A DNA stretch of 64,000 bases from Escherichia phage tootiki: sequence record MN850647.1; one strand, 5' to 3'. The notes under the pieces are model-generated. The model saw only the letters and a list, made by a program, of their open reading frames with translations. It did not search any database and was not told the origin of the DNA. The position numbers were made by a program, and so were the translations under genes. Positions 45,873 to 56,167 of the stretch are shown here, piece after piece; the stretch's first letter is position 1, and the number at the start of each line of letters is the position of its first letter.

Positions 45873-46244
45873 TTATTTTTTGAGAGTCGCTACAGCAGAG
45901 AACGTTGGTTTGTTATCTGTCTGTTGTTGACCACCATTATCAGGAGTCTTCTTAGTGTCTGCTGCAAGTGCTTTCATCTCACCTGCTGAGTGAGTAAAGA
46001 TAGTTTTACCGACCTCAATCATACTCTTGATGGTTACATCATCTGTGTTTAACCCGAACTCTGCAAGCTTAGCAGCGTCCCTTGTAACAATCGCCTCAAA
46101 CAACTTTGCAGCAAACTCAGCAGAATTATCAATGGTCAGTTGAGCTTTTACGAGTGAGCTTTTGTTACGAGAGCCTTTTGGTCTTCCAGATGGGTTTCCA
46201 GACTGGCCTTTTTTAAACTGGCCTTTGTTTGTTCTGTTTTTCAT
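45873..46244 (-). CDS. hypothetical protein with basic Gly-rich N-terminus
   Basis: N-terminal KGQFKKGQSGNPSGRPKGSRNK motif. Confidence 0.55.
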   Translation of the reverse strand: MKNRTNKGQFKKGQSGNPSGRPKGSRNKSSLVKAQLTIDNSAEFAAKLFEAIVTRDAAKLAEFGLNTDDVTIKSMIEVGKTIFTHSAGEMKALAADTKKTPDNGGQQQTDNKPTFSAVATLKK

Positions 46245-46370
46245 TGGTATGCCTCTTATAAGACCTCTTAAAAGGCTTTTAAGATAAAAGATAGATATCC
46301 AGAAAGATATCTGTTTAAATAGCCTTTTTAGAGGAACCTTTTAAGTTATCTTCTAAGTATTTATAAGCCT

Positions 46371-46395
46371 ACACCTTGTCAAGTACTTTGTCAAC
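46371..46395 (+). promoter_or_regulatory. second copy of the conserved TTGTCAA-containing element
   Basis: ACACCTTGTCAAGTACTTTGTCAAC; followed by TTGACT-N17-TACCAT. Confidence 0.45.
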
Positions 46396-46493
46396 AACTT
46401 TTTTAACTTGCAATAGTTCTTGACTTGTTGTATGGATTACTGTACCATCTTACTTAAAGCTGTAGGTCTGCCTTGTTCTACAAAGGAGACTTA

Positions 46494-46655
46494 ATGAGAA
46501 AATCAAACAACCCGAAGAAAGGTAAAAATACCAATCACTGTAAGGAATCAAAAAGGGTAGAGTTACTCTACTATTCATCCTCTGAAATTGGTCTGTACCT
46601 GTTCTTTCAAAATTACAGAAGACAAGAGGATTATCTATGTGTAGTTCCCAATTAG
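46494..46655 (+). CDS. hypothetical small protein
   Basis: ATG 46494 after AAGGAG; 46473 start is less likely. Confidence 0.4.
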   Translation: MRKSNNPKKGKNTNHCKESKRVELLYYSSSEIGLYLFFQNYRRQEDYLCVVPN

Positions 46656-46870
46656 AAATCGCAGATATTATAGATTTATATCAAACTGCAAAGAGTCATG
46701 GCTATATAACCTCAATTGGAAAGAATAGTCACTATGATGCTTTGACTGGAATGTATTTCAGGGCAATGGCTCAATCTAGTGAACAACACTTAGTAGTTTC
46801 TTCCAGTGAGTTTACTTCGTTTCTCTATTGCAGCAAAATTATAAATCGCAGGAGAACTGAAAAATGTTAA
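46637..46870 (+). CDS. hypothetical small protein
   Basis: 77-aa ORF. Confidence 0.4.
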   Translation: MCSSQLEIADIIDLYQTAKSHGYITSIGKNSHYDALTGMYFRAMAQSSEQHLVVSSSEFTSFLYCSKIINRRRTEKC

Positions 46871-47454
46871 CAGTAAGTTTTAATTACAATAGTGATGGCT
46901 CTGTATCAATTAATTCACCATATGCAAATGACCTGCTTAAAGAGCTAGTCAATCAGTGTGATAGAGGTCTTCACTATGTTCAAAATTCTTTTAAACAGAA
47001 GACTATTGCTAATAACTTGATGCGTGTAACAGTGACGGCATCGAATCTAAATTATGACTTTGATAGTGAAAGTCCGTACTCATTAGTTGCGCTTGGAGAG
47101 AGCAGCCAATTCAAACTTGTTTGCCACGACTCAGAAACATTCCTTAAGGTATTTTCCAACCTTATCCATAATAATAAGTACAGCTACGTTGATGGTAGTG
47201 TAAACTTCTATCCAGCAAACTATACATGTTTGTTGGTTGATAATATGAGAAAAAGTAAGCAAGAGCCTACAGAAATTTCATTTGATGTGAACTCTAGTCC
47301 AGACGCAGAAACAAGTAAGAACTTTGATATGAGTTACGCATTGTCACTTAGTAAGAAATCCGAGTTCATTGATTATGTCAATGGATTTGGTTTTAAGTTT
47401 GATGAGAGTATGAATCTTAAAAAACTTAAGAACCTACTTAAGACCAAAGCTTAA
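46864..47454 (+). CDS. hypothetical protein
   Basis: 196-aa ORF. Confidence 0.55.
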   Translation: MLTVSFNYNSDGSVSINSPYANDLLKELVNQCDRGLHYVQNSFKQKTIANNLMRVTVTASNLNYDFDSESPYSLVALGESSQFKLVCHDSETFLKVFSNLIHNNKYSYVDGSVNFYPANYTCLLVDNMRKSKQEPTEISFDVNSSPDAETSKNFDMSYALSLSKKSEFIDYVNGFGFKFDESMNLKKLKNLLKTKA

Positions 47455-47501
47455 GTGTGAATAGGGGCTGATGCCCCTTTAACTATTTATAAGGATATTT
47501 A

Positions 47502-47873
47502 ATGAAAGCTAAGAGTGCAAAAGACTTTTATTGCTTCCTACAATCCTATATCAATTCCGTGCAAAATGGTGAAAGGTACAACCTTAATGATGTTATCCCA
47601 ACACCTTTGACATGGAGACTCAGCAAATGGCCTGAAGAAGATATTACACCAACAATCGAACAGCGTACCTACAAACCTGAAATCAATATTCCAGATTCTG
47701 AGAACCTATTATATCCAATGTTCCATATTGTTGGACTTGGAAGATTCCTTATGGATATCCAGTATGTAATTGGTAAAGGCTATAAGGTTAAAGGTATTGT
47801 TGTTGGTGATGTATCTCCGCATCACAAAGGTTATTTTAGACTAAACGCACATTTAGAGGCTAAAAAGAAATGA
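47502..47873 (+). CDS. hypothetical protein (paralog of the N-terminal domain of the next gene)
   Basis: Similarity to 47870..48754 N-terminus: KxKxxxDFxxFxxxxIxxVxxGxRY, W/YxPEADI, YKPExxxPxSxxLLY, FxMDxQYxI. Confidence 0.55.
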   Translation: MKAKSAKDFYCFLQSYINSVQNGERYNLNDVIPTPLTWRLSKWPEEDITPTIEQRTYKPEINIPDSENLLYPMFHIVGLGRFLMDIQYVIGKGYKVKGIVVGDVSPHHKGYFRLNAHLEAKKK

Positions 47874-48754
47874 TTAAAGCAAAGACTTACCCAGACTTCA
47901 AAGAGTTTGTGAAGGGTTTCATTGCAAATGTAAAGGCTGGTAAGAGGTATGATTTTAGAACATATCAAGAGGCTATTTTACCACTTACCTATAGTTCATA
48001 TTGGCCTGAAGCTGATATTGCAGAAGTTGAGAAGTTTGACTACAAACCAGACTACAAAGTTCCATTTAGTGATGAATTGCTTTACAGTGTTGGTGCACAG
48101 ATGAGAACTGCTGATTTCTTCATGGATTTGCAGTATGCAATCATCAATGGTAAAGATGTTGACACAATTTACTGTGAATGGTTGGCAAGAGTTAAGCCGT
48201 TCTCAATGTTGAATGCTAAGTTGAAGGATGCTATTAAGCCACCAGCAATTACTCAGCAACCGACAGGTCAAACAGTCAATGAGGGTGGCACACTTACTCT
48301 AAGCATTCTAGCAACTAACGCCACTGGATATCAGTGGAAGAAGGATGGTGAGGACATCCCTAGTGCCAATTCTGCAACTTACACAAAACAGTCAGTAGCA
48401 CCTTCTGATGCTGGTTCATACACTTGTGTTGTATCTGGAGAGGGTGGAACAAGTGTTACCTCAGATGCAGCAACAGTGACTGTGAATGCACTTCCTGTCA
48501 TCACTCAACAGCCAACCAATCAAGAAATCAATGAAGGTGAGACCTTAACGTTGAATGTTGTGGCAACAGGTGCAACAGGTTATCAGTGGAAGAAAGATGA
48601 GGAAGACATCCTCGATGCAACTACTGCAACCTACACCAAAGAAGGAGCAACCGCTGCTGATTCAGGAAGCTACACCTGTGTAGTTACTGGTGCAGGTGGC
48701 TCTGTAACATCTAATGCGGCAACAGTTACAGTTAACCCAGCAGGGGAGGCATAA
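47870..48754 (+). CDS. protein with two C-terminal Ig-like domains
   Basis: Tandem repeats ITQQPTxQxxNEGxTLTLxxxATxATGYQWKKDxEDIxxAxxATYTKxxxxxxDxGSYTCVVxGxGGxSVTSxAATVTVN. Confidence 0.6.
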   Translation: MIKAKTYPDFKEFVKGFIANVKAGKRYDFRTYQEAILPLTYSSYWPEADIAEVEKFDYKPDYKVPFSDELLYSVGAQMRTADFFMDLQYAIINGKDVDTIYCEWLARVKPFSMLNAKLKDAIKPPAITQQPTGQTVNEGGTLTLSILATNATGYQWKKDGEDIPSANSATYTKQSVAPSDAGSYTCVVSGEGGTSVTSDAATVTVNALPVITQQPTNQEINEGETLTLNVVATGATGYQWKKDEEDILDATTATYTKEGATAADSGSYTCVVTGAGGSVTSNAATVTVNPAGEA

Positions 48755-49218
48755 TGCAACTCTCAAGAAAAGGTTTAGAAGCTATTAAGTTCTTTGAAGG
48801 TCTGAAGTTAGAGGCTTACAAAGACTCCGCCGGAATCCCAACAATTGGGTATGGTACAATCCGTATTGACGGAAAACCTGTTAAGATGGGTATGAAAATT
48901 ACTGCTGAACAAGCTGAACAGTATCTTCTCGCAGATGTTGAAAAGTTTGTTGCAGCAGTGAACAAAGCTATCAAGGTTCCAACCTCTCAGAATGAGTTCG
49001 ATGCACTTGTAAGTGAAACATACAACATTGGTATCACAGCTATGCAGGATTCTACATTTATTAAGCGCCACAATGCTGGTAATAAGGTAGGTTGTGCAGA
49101 AGCTATGCAGTGGTGGAACAAGATTACAGTCAAAGGTGAGAAGGTCACTTCAAACGGTCTGAAAAACAGACGTAGAATGGAAGCTGACATTTATCTTGAC
49201 AGTGTATATCCAAAGTAA
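48754..49218 (+). CDS. endolysin (T4 lysozyme-like)
   Basis: FEGLKLEAYKDSAGIPTIGYG catalytic-region pattern (Glu ... Asp ... Thr). Confidence 0.8.
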   Translation: MQLSRKGLEAIKFFEGLKLEAYKDSAGIPTIGYGTIRIDGKPVKMGMKITAEQAEQYLLADVEKFVAAVNKAIKVPTSQNEFDALVSETYNIGITAMQDSTFIKRHNAGNKVGCAEAMQWWNKITVKGEKVTSNGLKNRRRMEADIYLDSVYPK

Positions 49219-49227
49219 TATCTTCAT

Positions 49228-49256
49228 AGGCTCCTTCGGGAGCCTTTTTTATTTTC
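49228..49256 (+). terminator. rho-independent terminator
   Basis: AGGCTCC-TTCG-GGAGCCT hairpin followed by TTTTTTATTTT. Confidence 0.65.
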
Positions 49257-49269
49257 TAAGGAGAAAACT

Positions 49270-49668
49270 ATGAAGCTTTGGGCTAGTGACTTTGGGACTT
49301 TTAAGTACACTCGTAATGGTTCGCTTGTACGCATTGTCGGAAACAATGTGGTTTCAAGAGGCGACAAGGTGTATACACGGTTTACTGTAGAGCTTGTTGA
49401 ACTGTCACCTATTGAGTCTGTGAACAATGGCCTGTTCAAGTTTGAGACTTACAATGTCAATGAGCATGGACAATTCAATCCTCTTGGCGAAAGTGGACTT
49501 GATATTATTTCAGAACACCCGTTGACAAAAGAGCAACTTGCAGGTTATTATAAAACTGTTCTTGAAAGGCAGTTAGCAACACATGAACAAGAAGCTAACT
49601 ACCATTTACAACATTGCGAAATTTTAAGAGCAAAAATCGAACAAGCAGAGAGAGGTTTTTATGAATAA
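49270..49668 (+). CDS. hypothetical protein
   Basis: 132-aa ORF with AAGGAGAA upstream. Confidence 0.55.
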   Translation: MKLWASDFGTFKYTRNGSLVRIVGNNVVSRGDKVYTRFTVELVELSPIESVNNGLFKFETYNVNEHGQFNPLGESGLDIISEHPLTKEQLAGYYKTVLERQLATHEQEANYHLQHCEILRAKIEQAERGFYE

Positions 49669-50056
49669 TAACAGTCATATCCATGTTAAGGTTGATGTCA
49701 GCCGTTACAGCGAAAATGAGGAACTAGGCCTGCAAGATGCTCTTCTATTTGAGAAGAATGGTAATCTCCATTTGCATTTTGAAGGTACAAACACATATCT
49801 CCACAGATGTCGAGATGATGCAGATGGTTGCCCTGTTTTTGCTTGGTATAATTTAGAGTTTCCACTTTACGCAATCCACTACCCAGATGGTGGAGAAGAC
49901 TGGACAACTCAATCAATCTTTGATGAGCTTAACGGTATTCCGGTTGAGCAGGAAGAACAAGAGCCTGTTGAACTTACCTTCACCTTCGTCAAAGAAGAAA
50001 CGGTTGGTGATTTGTCAGTAACTGAAGCTATTCAGGTAACACAGGTCATTCGCTAA
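49661..50056 (+). CDS. hypothetical protein
   Basis: 131-aa ORF. Confidence 0.55.
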   Translation: MNNNSHIHVKVDVSRYSENEELGLQDALLFEKNGNLHLHFEGTNTYLHRCRDDADGCPVFAWYNLEFPLYAIHYPDGGEDWTTQSIFDELNGIPVEQEEQEPVELTFTFVKEETVGDLSVTEAIQVTQVIR

Positions 50057-50349
50057 TGAGTAAAGTACAGGTTATTTTCCCTATTTGTGACTTCTCACTA
50101 GAGCGTGAACTTGACCTGTACGAAGAAATTACTGACGAAATCATCTGGTCTGTTGTAGAAGAGGCTATCAAGAAACTGTATGGTGGCCTCTTAAACCCAT
50201 CAAGTAAAAAGCTCAATACCAAACAAGTAGCTGATACGTACACGTCATATGATGCCTACAACAAACCTTTTGAGAACACCTGCTTTGACCTTATGGTAGG
50301 TAATAATAAAGTCAACTACTTCTTCGTCAGAGAGTTTAACGATGAGTAA
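50056..50349 (+). CDS. hypothetical protein
   Basis: 97-aa ORF. Confidence 0.5.
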   Translation: MSKVQVIFPICDFSLERELDLYEEITDEIIWSVVEEAIKKLYGGLLNPSSKKLNTKQVADTYTSYDAYNKPFENTCFDLMVGNNKVNYFFVREFNDE

Positions 50350-50686
50350 GCTCCATGTCACAGTATACAAAAACTTCTCAGATATCAAAGAGTCTTTAAC
50401 AAATAAGCTTGACTTACAACGTAAAAGACTCTTTTTAATGTACGACATAGACAACTACAACCATCCTAAAGAGTTTAACTACAAAGATGGTACAAAGGTT
50501 GTCGAATTTGAAGATTCTGTGACGGTGTATGTCAAATATGACTTACCAGCAAAGTACATAGGAATGTTAGAGTATTACATATTCAAACATACAGGTATGC
50601 GTGGTGAAGCTGTCAAGATATCTTCTATAGAAGTTTTTGAGAAACCTAACACACAACTTAAAAAGTATTTAATGAGGAAACTGTAA
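50342..50686 (+). CDS. hypothetical protein
   Basis: 114-aa ORF. Confidence 0.5.
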   Translation: MSKLHVTVYKNFSDIKESLTNKLDLQRKRLFLMYDIDNYNHPKEFNYKDGTKVVEFEDSVTVYVKYDLPAKYIGMLEYYIFKHTGMRGEAVKISSIEVFEKPNTQLKKYLMRKL

Positions 50687-51267
50687 TGTCCGAAGAGCAA
50701 CAGGATATCATTCCACAAGTAACACTTGTACAACACTTTGGAAATATTGAAGGGTGTGTAGCACTTTTTCAACCAAGCATCAACTCTCCTGCAAAAGTTT
50801 GCAAGCTGACTATGAATGTTAACAACATCAGTGTTTGCCTTGTTGATGAAGTTCAGTACTTCAAGTTTAATGACAGAGAGGTTGATGCTGCACTATTGAA
50901 GTACCGAGCAAGCCTCGAAAAAGACATCGACCACAAAGAACTTGTAACACTGTTTGGTGACCTTCACAAGCTTCTTGAAAAGGTTATGAAGCGTACATAT
51001 TACATGAACAATGGCTCAATCATCACCACTTTGATTTCACCATGTATTTCAGAGCCGATTTTAACTGATGACGGTGGGTACTACGTGGTAGCATCAGCAG
51101 ACCCTGATTGGTGGATGAAGAACACAGCACTTAAGACGGTTATCGAGGCTATCCGTGAACATATCCCTTCATTCAGCCCGTGGAAAGGTAAAAGTGATGA
51201 TTTTATCGCACTATTGAGTGAAGAGAGTAACAAGCGCAGTGCATTACTGCCTAAAAAATACTCTTGA
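50686..51267 (+). CDS. hypothetical protein
   Basis: 193-aa ORF. Confidence 0.55.
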   Translation: MSEEQQDIIPQVTLVQHFGNIEGCVALFQPSINSPAKVCKLTMNVNNISVCLVDEVQYFKFNDREVDAALLKYRASLEKDIDHKELVTLFGDLHKLLEKVMKRTYYMNNGSIITTLISPCISEPILTDDGGYYVVASADPDWWMKNTALKTVIEAIREHIPSFSPWKGKSDDFIALLSEESNKRSALLPKKYS

Positions 51268-51350
51268 CCGAGTATACAAAACTGATTATGATGGGAGCTA
51301 TCGAGAGGTAGTTCCCTTTTTAGTTTCTAGATAAGAGACATGGTAAAAGA

Positions 51351-51569
51351 ATGAAAAAACTAACTACAGTTGAAGATTACTACAAACTTTCCCTGTTAGA
51401 ACAGTATCGCAGGAGACAGAATAGCAGAAAATGTTACGGTAAGCACGCTGAAGGTGATTTTTACCATTGCTATGATGCAGATTTAAAAGGCGTAACACCT
51501 AGAGGGAAAGTCCTGCAAAGACTTGTTGACCTTGAGTGGAACAAACGATTGAGAGGGGTTGGAAAATGA
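51351..51569 (+). CDS. hypothetical small protein
   Basis: 72-aa ORF. Confidence 0.45.
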   Translation: MKKLTTVEDYYKLSLLEQYRRRQNSRKCYGKHAEGDFYHCYDADLKGVTPRGKVLQRLVDLEWNKRLRGVGK

Positions 51570-52069
51570 TTTACGAAGAAAGATACAAGATAGATTTTCA
51601 GGATACTTGCCATCATACTTCTTTAAGAGTGACGAAACCAAATGGAGAGGTTGGTATCATAGCACATTTTGGTGGTGATTATTGGTATGGTACAGGTTGC
51701 TTTGAAGGCTACACTCAAGAATACCTGAAAGCTTTCTACAGAGACTTTGCAAATGACTACAACAGAGTTGTTGACGAAAAGAATAAGTGTATTAAGCATG
51801 AACACCATGCCAGAGGTTGCCTAAGTATTGTTATGGTACTGGCGTTCTTCTTAGCAATGCTACTGGCAGTATCAGCAATTAGCTGCATAGCTCAAGATTT
51901 GACCATTACACAGATTACTACAAAGATACATGATATCTGGTACTTGTATGCTGTTCCTTTAGCTGGTATTATCATCTCACTAATAAGGTTCAGAGTTCAT
52001 AAGAAACGACTTAAGGATTCTGAGGTTAAACTTGAAGAGGTAAGTAAAGAATGCAACCTACAATTATAG
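51536..52069 (+). CDS. membrane protein (start uncertain)
   Basis: Two hydrophobic segments in the C-terminal half. Confidence 0.5.
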   Translation: MEQTIERGWKMIYEERYKIDFQDTCHHTSLRVTKPNGEVGIIAHFGGDYWYGTGCFEGYTQEYLKAFYRDFANDYNRVVDEKNKCIKHEHHARGCLSIVMVLAFFLAMLLAVSAISCIAQDLTITQITTKIHDIWYLYAVPLAGIIISLIRFRVHKKRLKDSEVKLEEVSKECNLQL

Positions 52070-52145
52070 CTGTATGTGTTCGTTTTGCAATCGCTGAAAT
52101 GATTAACAAGGCAATCTTAAAAGATGCCTATGGAGAGACTAAGTA

Positions 52146-52370
52146 ATGATTAAGACACCTGTACCAATTTTTGGATTTCCTTCTATAGAAGAGTTTAAAG
52201 TTTATCTTGACAAAAACTTCTACAACGAGCAGCCTGTTACTTTGCTGAAGAGTGACTTATCAGAGCTTCTTGATATGGTTATTAAGGCAACTTCTGAGAA
52301 GGAACCTGAGCAGAAAGCTGAGAAGAAGACTAGTAAGAAATCCGATAAGAAGACTGAAAAGTCTGAGTAA
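52146..52370 (+). CDS. hypothetical small protein with Lys/Glu-rich tail
   Basis: 74-aa ORF. Confidence 0.5.
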   Translation: MIKTPVPIFGFPSIEEFKVYLDKNFYNEQPVTLLKSDLSELLDMVIKATSEKEPEQKAEKKTSKKSDKKTEKSE

Positions 52371-52422
52371 TAGCTTAGGGGTTACTTGATAGCCCCTTTG
52401 TAGAAACTTAGAAGGTAGCGAA

Positions 52423-52887
52423 ATGAAAATTAAAGAAGTCGTTCAAAAAGCAATGCTTGACAACTCAACTAAAGATGAAATGTACAAAGAGATTTGTGAT
52501 AAGTTGAATTGTTCAAGACATGCTGCTAAGGCTCTTGTACATTGTTTTATCTGGGAATGCTCAGAGGCTTATATGCAATATGTAGCTTTTGAAAGTTCTC
52601 ACTTGCTAGGTGATGTAGAAGTTGGTGAGAAGCTAAAAGAACCTGAGATGAAAACAGTTCCTAAAGTTGGTAATACATACCCTCTTAAAGATTTCAAGAC
52701 TGGAAAGATTGTTGCAAAAGGTGTAGTAGAATCTGTCTATCATGATGGTAAATACTTACTTAAAATATTTGAGTATGACAGCCACTATACGCACTTATGT
52801 GGGATTACATTCTTAGTAACAGAAGAAGACCTTATTAAGAACAACAGCAACAAGTTTGCAGTACCAGCCTACCAAGTTTTACGATAA
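52423..52887 (+). CDS. hypothetical protein
   Basis: 154-aa ORF. Confidence 0.55.
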   Translation: MKIKEVVQKAMLDNSTKDEMYKEICDKLNCSRHAAKALVHCFIWECSEAYMQYVAFESSHLLGDVEVGEKLKEPEMKTVPKVGNTYPLKDFKTGKIVAKGVVESVYHDGKYLLKIFEYDSHYTHLCGITFLVTEEDLIKNNSNKFAVPAYQVLR

Positions 52888-53449
52888 TGGTGTGATAGCT
52901 ATGGAAAAAGATAACTTAAAAGAAGTTGAAGGTAACTACCTAGTACTTGACTGGAACGATGTTCGAGAAGCACTCTCCGAAGAAAATCTTGACTGGTTCG
53001 AACAAATTATCTTTGCAGTACGGCATAACAGAGAAGTTGAAAATGGTAAAGAGCCACTTGAAGGAATCTTTGTAGAGAAGTCTTATCCGTTCTATGAAGA
53101 TACTTTGCAGAAAGTTAAAATGTACTTTAAACAGAAGAACCGTAAAGTGGTCACTATGGTATCTTTTGGTGGACAGAGTATGTCTGTGATGGAAGATATC
53201 AACCCTAAGAGACCGAGCAAAGGTGTCTGTATAAAAATCACAGGGCATGAAGAGTATATCTCAGTGGACGATTTTAGTGTGTTCTGTAATGGTTCTGCTG
53301 TCTTTAATGGGTTTCACTATGATATCCGAGTGTACCCAATCAAGGGAGATGATATCATGATGCAGATATTCGATAACAACAATGGATTTACTCATTTTTA
53401 TCAGACAACCAAGTCATCATTAAAAACAGTTCTGGAAACACTGATTTAA
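52856..53449 (+). CDS. hypothetical protein (start uncertain)
   Basis: 197-aa ORF; last gene before the ORF-free region. Confidence 0.5.
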   Translation: MQYQPTKFYDNGVIAMEKDNLKEVEGNYLVLDWNDVREALSEENLDWFEQIIFAVRHNREVENGKEPLEGIFVEKSYPFYEDTLQKVKMYFKQKNRKVVTMVSFGGQSMSVMEDINPKRPSKGVCIKITGHEEYISVDDFSVFCNGSAVFNGFHYDIRVYPIKGDDIMMQIFDNNNGFTHFYQTTKSSLKTVLETLI

Positions 53450-55086
53450 AATATCTTAAGAGCCTCCTTAATTGGGGGCTTTTTAATTTTTATAAAATTT
53501 TATCGGTTGTCCCAACCTCTGGGTCACCATCATATGTGAATAAAATATCTACCCTTCTTAACAACCTTCTTAATCTTACTCTCTATATAGTTATATAGTA
53601 CTATATAGTATCTTAGTAACTATCTAGTGGTCTTAATAGCCCTCTGTATAGCCCTTCTAAATAGCCTTCTAAACACTCTTCTAACAAGCCCTCTTAACCA
53701 CCTATACAATCACCTTAACCATCCCTCTACACCCTCTTAGAAGCTCCTATACACCTCTTAATCTCTAGGTTAGCTATGGCACTCTCTATAGGTGTTCACT
53801 AGGTAATACTAAGCCTCTATATAGACTGTTTTAACAAACTTAACAGGAATATCTTTACAGACCTTACCTCACAAGGTCTAACACGGTACTAACAAGGTAT
53901 CTTGTAAGCCTGTTTCTACCTGTATTTTTAAAAGACTGTATAGGTAATTATTCAGAATTTTAAAATTTTTATAAAATAGGACTATCAAGTCATTTTTTAG
54001 GGTCTTTGAAGGAACTGAAAAATATCTGTCTAGGATGTATATCTGCTTGGTAGCCCTTAACAGCTCCCTTACAAGTACTTTGCAAAATTTTAAAATATCC
54101 TTAACAATCTCTTAACAGTTCTCACATCTTCTTAACAACTCTTCAAAGGTCTTAACAGATTCTTAACAGAACTAACAAGGCTGTAACAGTTTCTTAACAG
54201 TTGATACATAATCTTTACAGAGGCTTAACAGATGACTAACAAGAGCTAACAAGTTAATTTTAAAGAGTTATTTTGTTAAGATTATTAACAAGTTTCTAAC
54301 AAGTCTTTAATCTTTTTAACAAGCTATTAACATGGTCACTATCTCTTTCTTATCGTTCCCTTTCCTTTCTTAGTGATTCTTTAAACATACCTCTTAAAAG
54401 CTCTCTATAGCTCTTTATAAGCTCTTTTAAGTCTCTTCCTAGTAGTTACACCCCAACTGTACAGATAGCTCTCTATAGGGCTTTACAGGAGCTTTTAAGG
54501 CTATGTCAAAGACTCTTACAAGGCTTTTACGTGGTCTTAACAGAGATTTAACAAGGGGCTAACAAGTTGCTAACAAGTGTCTTAAAAGCATAACTATGTA
54601 GGGATTGTTAAGAAATTGTTAAGAAAATGTTAAGGGGGCTAGTATTTACGTAACTTTTAAGCTACTTCAAAATAACTTTTAAGCTACTTCAAAATAACTT
54701 TATAGCCCCCTTCTTAGATATTCACAAGATAACTAATGAGATGATAAAGCTTACACCCTTATAAGATTCTTTTAAGGCTCTGGGAAGCTTTATAAAGGGC
54801 TTTTAATGGTGAGGTAATGCAATCCCTTAAGTTAGGTTAATAAGGTCGTTATAGGGCTTTATAGAGCGTTTAAATGGTTGCCCTTCCCTTTCGGGTTATG
54901 GGCTTATATTTAAGTTGATTTGATAAGGGGCTATAGAGTAAGCTATAGAGTTATTGTTTTTTAAGGTCTGATAAGATTCTGGAAAGGAAAGGGAAAGGGT
55001 TGTATAAGGGATTTGATAAGACGTAAAAAAGCCCCATATAAAGGGGCTGTAAAGGTATCTGGGGCTATTTAGCCCCGTTGCGGCGT
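53450..55086. repeat. 1.6-kb ORF-free region dense in short direct repeats (iteron-like)
   Basis: No ORF of 60 aa or more in any frame; many copies of CTTAACAG / CTAACAAG / TTAACAAG, CTATATAG and CTCTATAG motifs; tandem 22-bp repeat at about 54655-54700. Confidence 0.6.
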
Positions 55087-55335
55087 TTAGTTAGTGCCTT
55101 CTTTGTCGTAGTACAAGGAGACAATTTTTTCACCCCAGTAGTGGTATGTATAACCCTCTTTGAGAACTTCCTCTTTTGTTTCTTTCCAGAATTCATCAGA
55201 GGGGTTGTAGTCACTGATGGTCTGGCTGATAAGGCCTTTCACCATTTCAAAGGCGTTATCAGTACCTACAAGGTCAAATTTAACGTCCAGAGAGTAGAAG
55301 CCAAATTCGTTAACAGTTGCGCGGATAGTAGCCAT
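55087..55335 (-). CDS. hypothetical small protein
   Basis: ATG immediately follows the conserved leader module. Confidence 0.55.
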   Translation of the reverse strand: MATIRATVNEFGFYSLDVKFDLVGTDNAFEMVKGLISQTISDYNPSDEFWKETKEEVLKEGYTYHYWGEKIVSLYYDKEGTN

Positions 55336-55441
55336 TTTAGAATCTCCAGTTTAGGAAGTTGATTAAGGGTTTTGTTTAGCGGGGAAGGTCATTCCCTCCC
55401 CGTTGATTGACAATTTACAGACTTTTGATTGTTTCGTCAAT
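55336..55441 (-). promoter_or_regulatory. conserved promoter-leader module, class B
   Basis: Minus-sense TTGACG-N17-TAAATT, leader hairpin CGGGGAGGGAATGACCTTCCCC, then CTAAACTGGAGAttctaaaATG. Confidence 0.5.
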
Positions 55442-55944
55442 ATCTTTTTCAATATCTTTTAAAGTTTTTTCTAAGTTCTTGATATTGAAAGATAAACCTT
55501 CTCCCAGTGTCTTAGAGTAACCGCTAGGACGTGAGTCATATAGTTCAATTTCTTCTACTTCGAAGAGGCTAACCAACTCACCGCTTACACTGTAAGCCAT
55601 TGAAACAGTATTTACAGGGGCTTTATAAAACTTGTTTAAGGACTTGATAGAACGTTCATAAGCCATTTTATAGCTATTTAAAAGGTTTTTAACGTGGCTG
55701 TGAACGTTTTTACACTCATCTAAATAAAGACCTAAAAACATCGGGAGAAGTTCCGCGACAGCTTGCATAAAGTGAGAGACTACAACGGTTGCAACATTAC
55801 GACGATGAACGTAATAAGCCCCGTTTTCTGATTTGGTAATGGTTGCAAAGTGTACCCCATTACAACGAAATTCATAGGTATCTTTAACAGGCTTAGACAT
55901 TACATTATTTGAACGAATATAGTTGATAGCTTTGAACTTGTTCA
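55415..55944 (-). CDS. hypothetical protein
   Basis: Start set at ATG 55944 directly after the conserved leader (ORF track start 56038 lies inside the module). Confidence 0.5.
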
Positions 55945-56037
55945 TTTTAGAATCTCCTAGTTTAAGGACTTTACTTAGTAGGGAGGTTATTGCCTCCCCG
56001 TTGATGAGTAATTTACTTGTTTTGATATCTGATTGCA
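55945..56037 (-). promoter_or_regulatory. conserved promoter-leader module, class B
   Basis: TTGCAA-N17-TAAATT, GGGGAGGCAATAACCTCCC hairpin, AGGAGA RBS. Confidence 0.5.
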
Positions 56038-56167
56038 AGCAATTTTTTAAGTTTATCTATAAAGAATCTTTTAAGTTAATCCCTTTTAGATAAACCCCCT
56101 CGAACAAATCTACCAATGTCAAGGGGCGTTGTCAATACTTTTTTGAAAGTTTTTTGTAAGTTATTGA

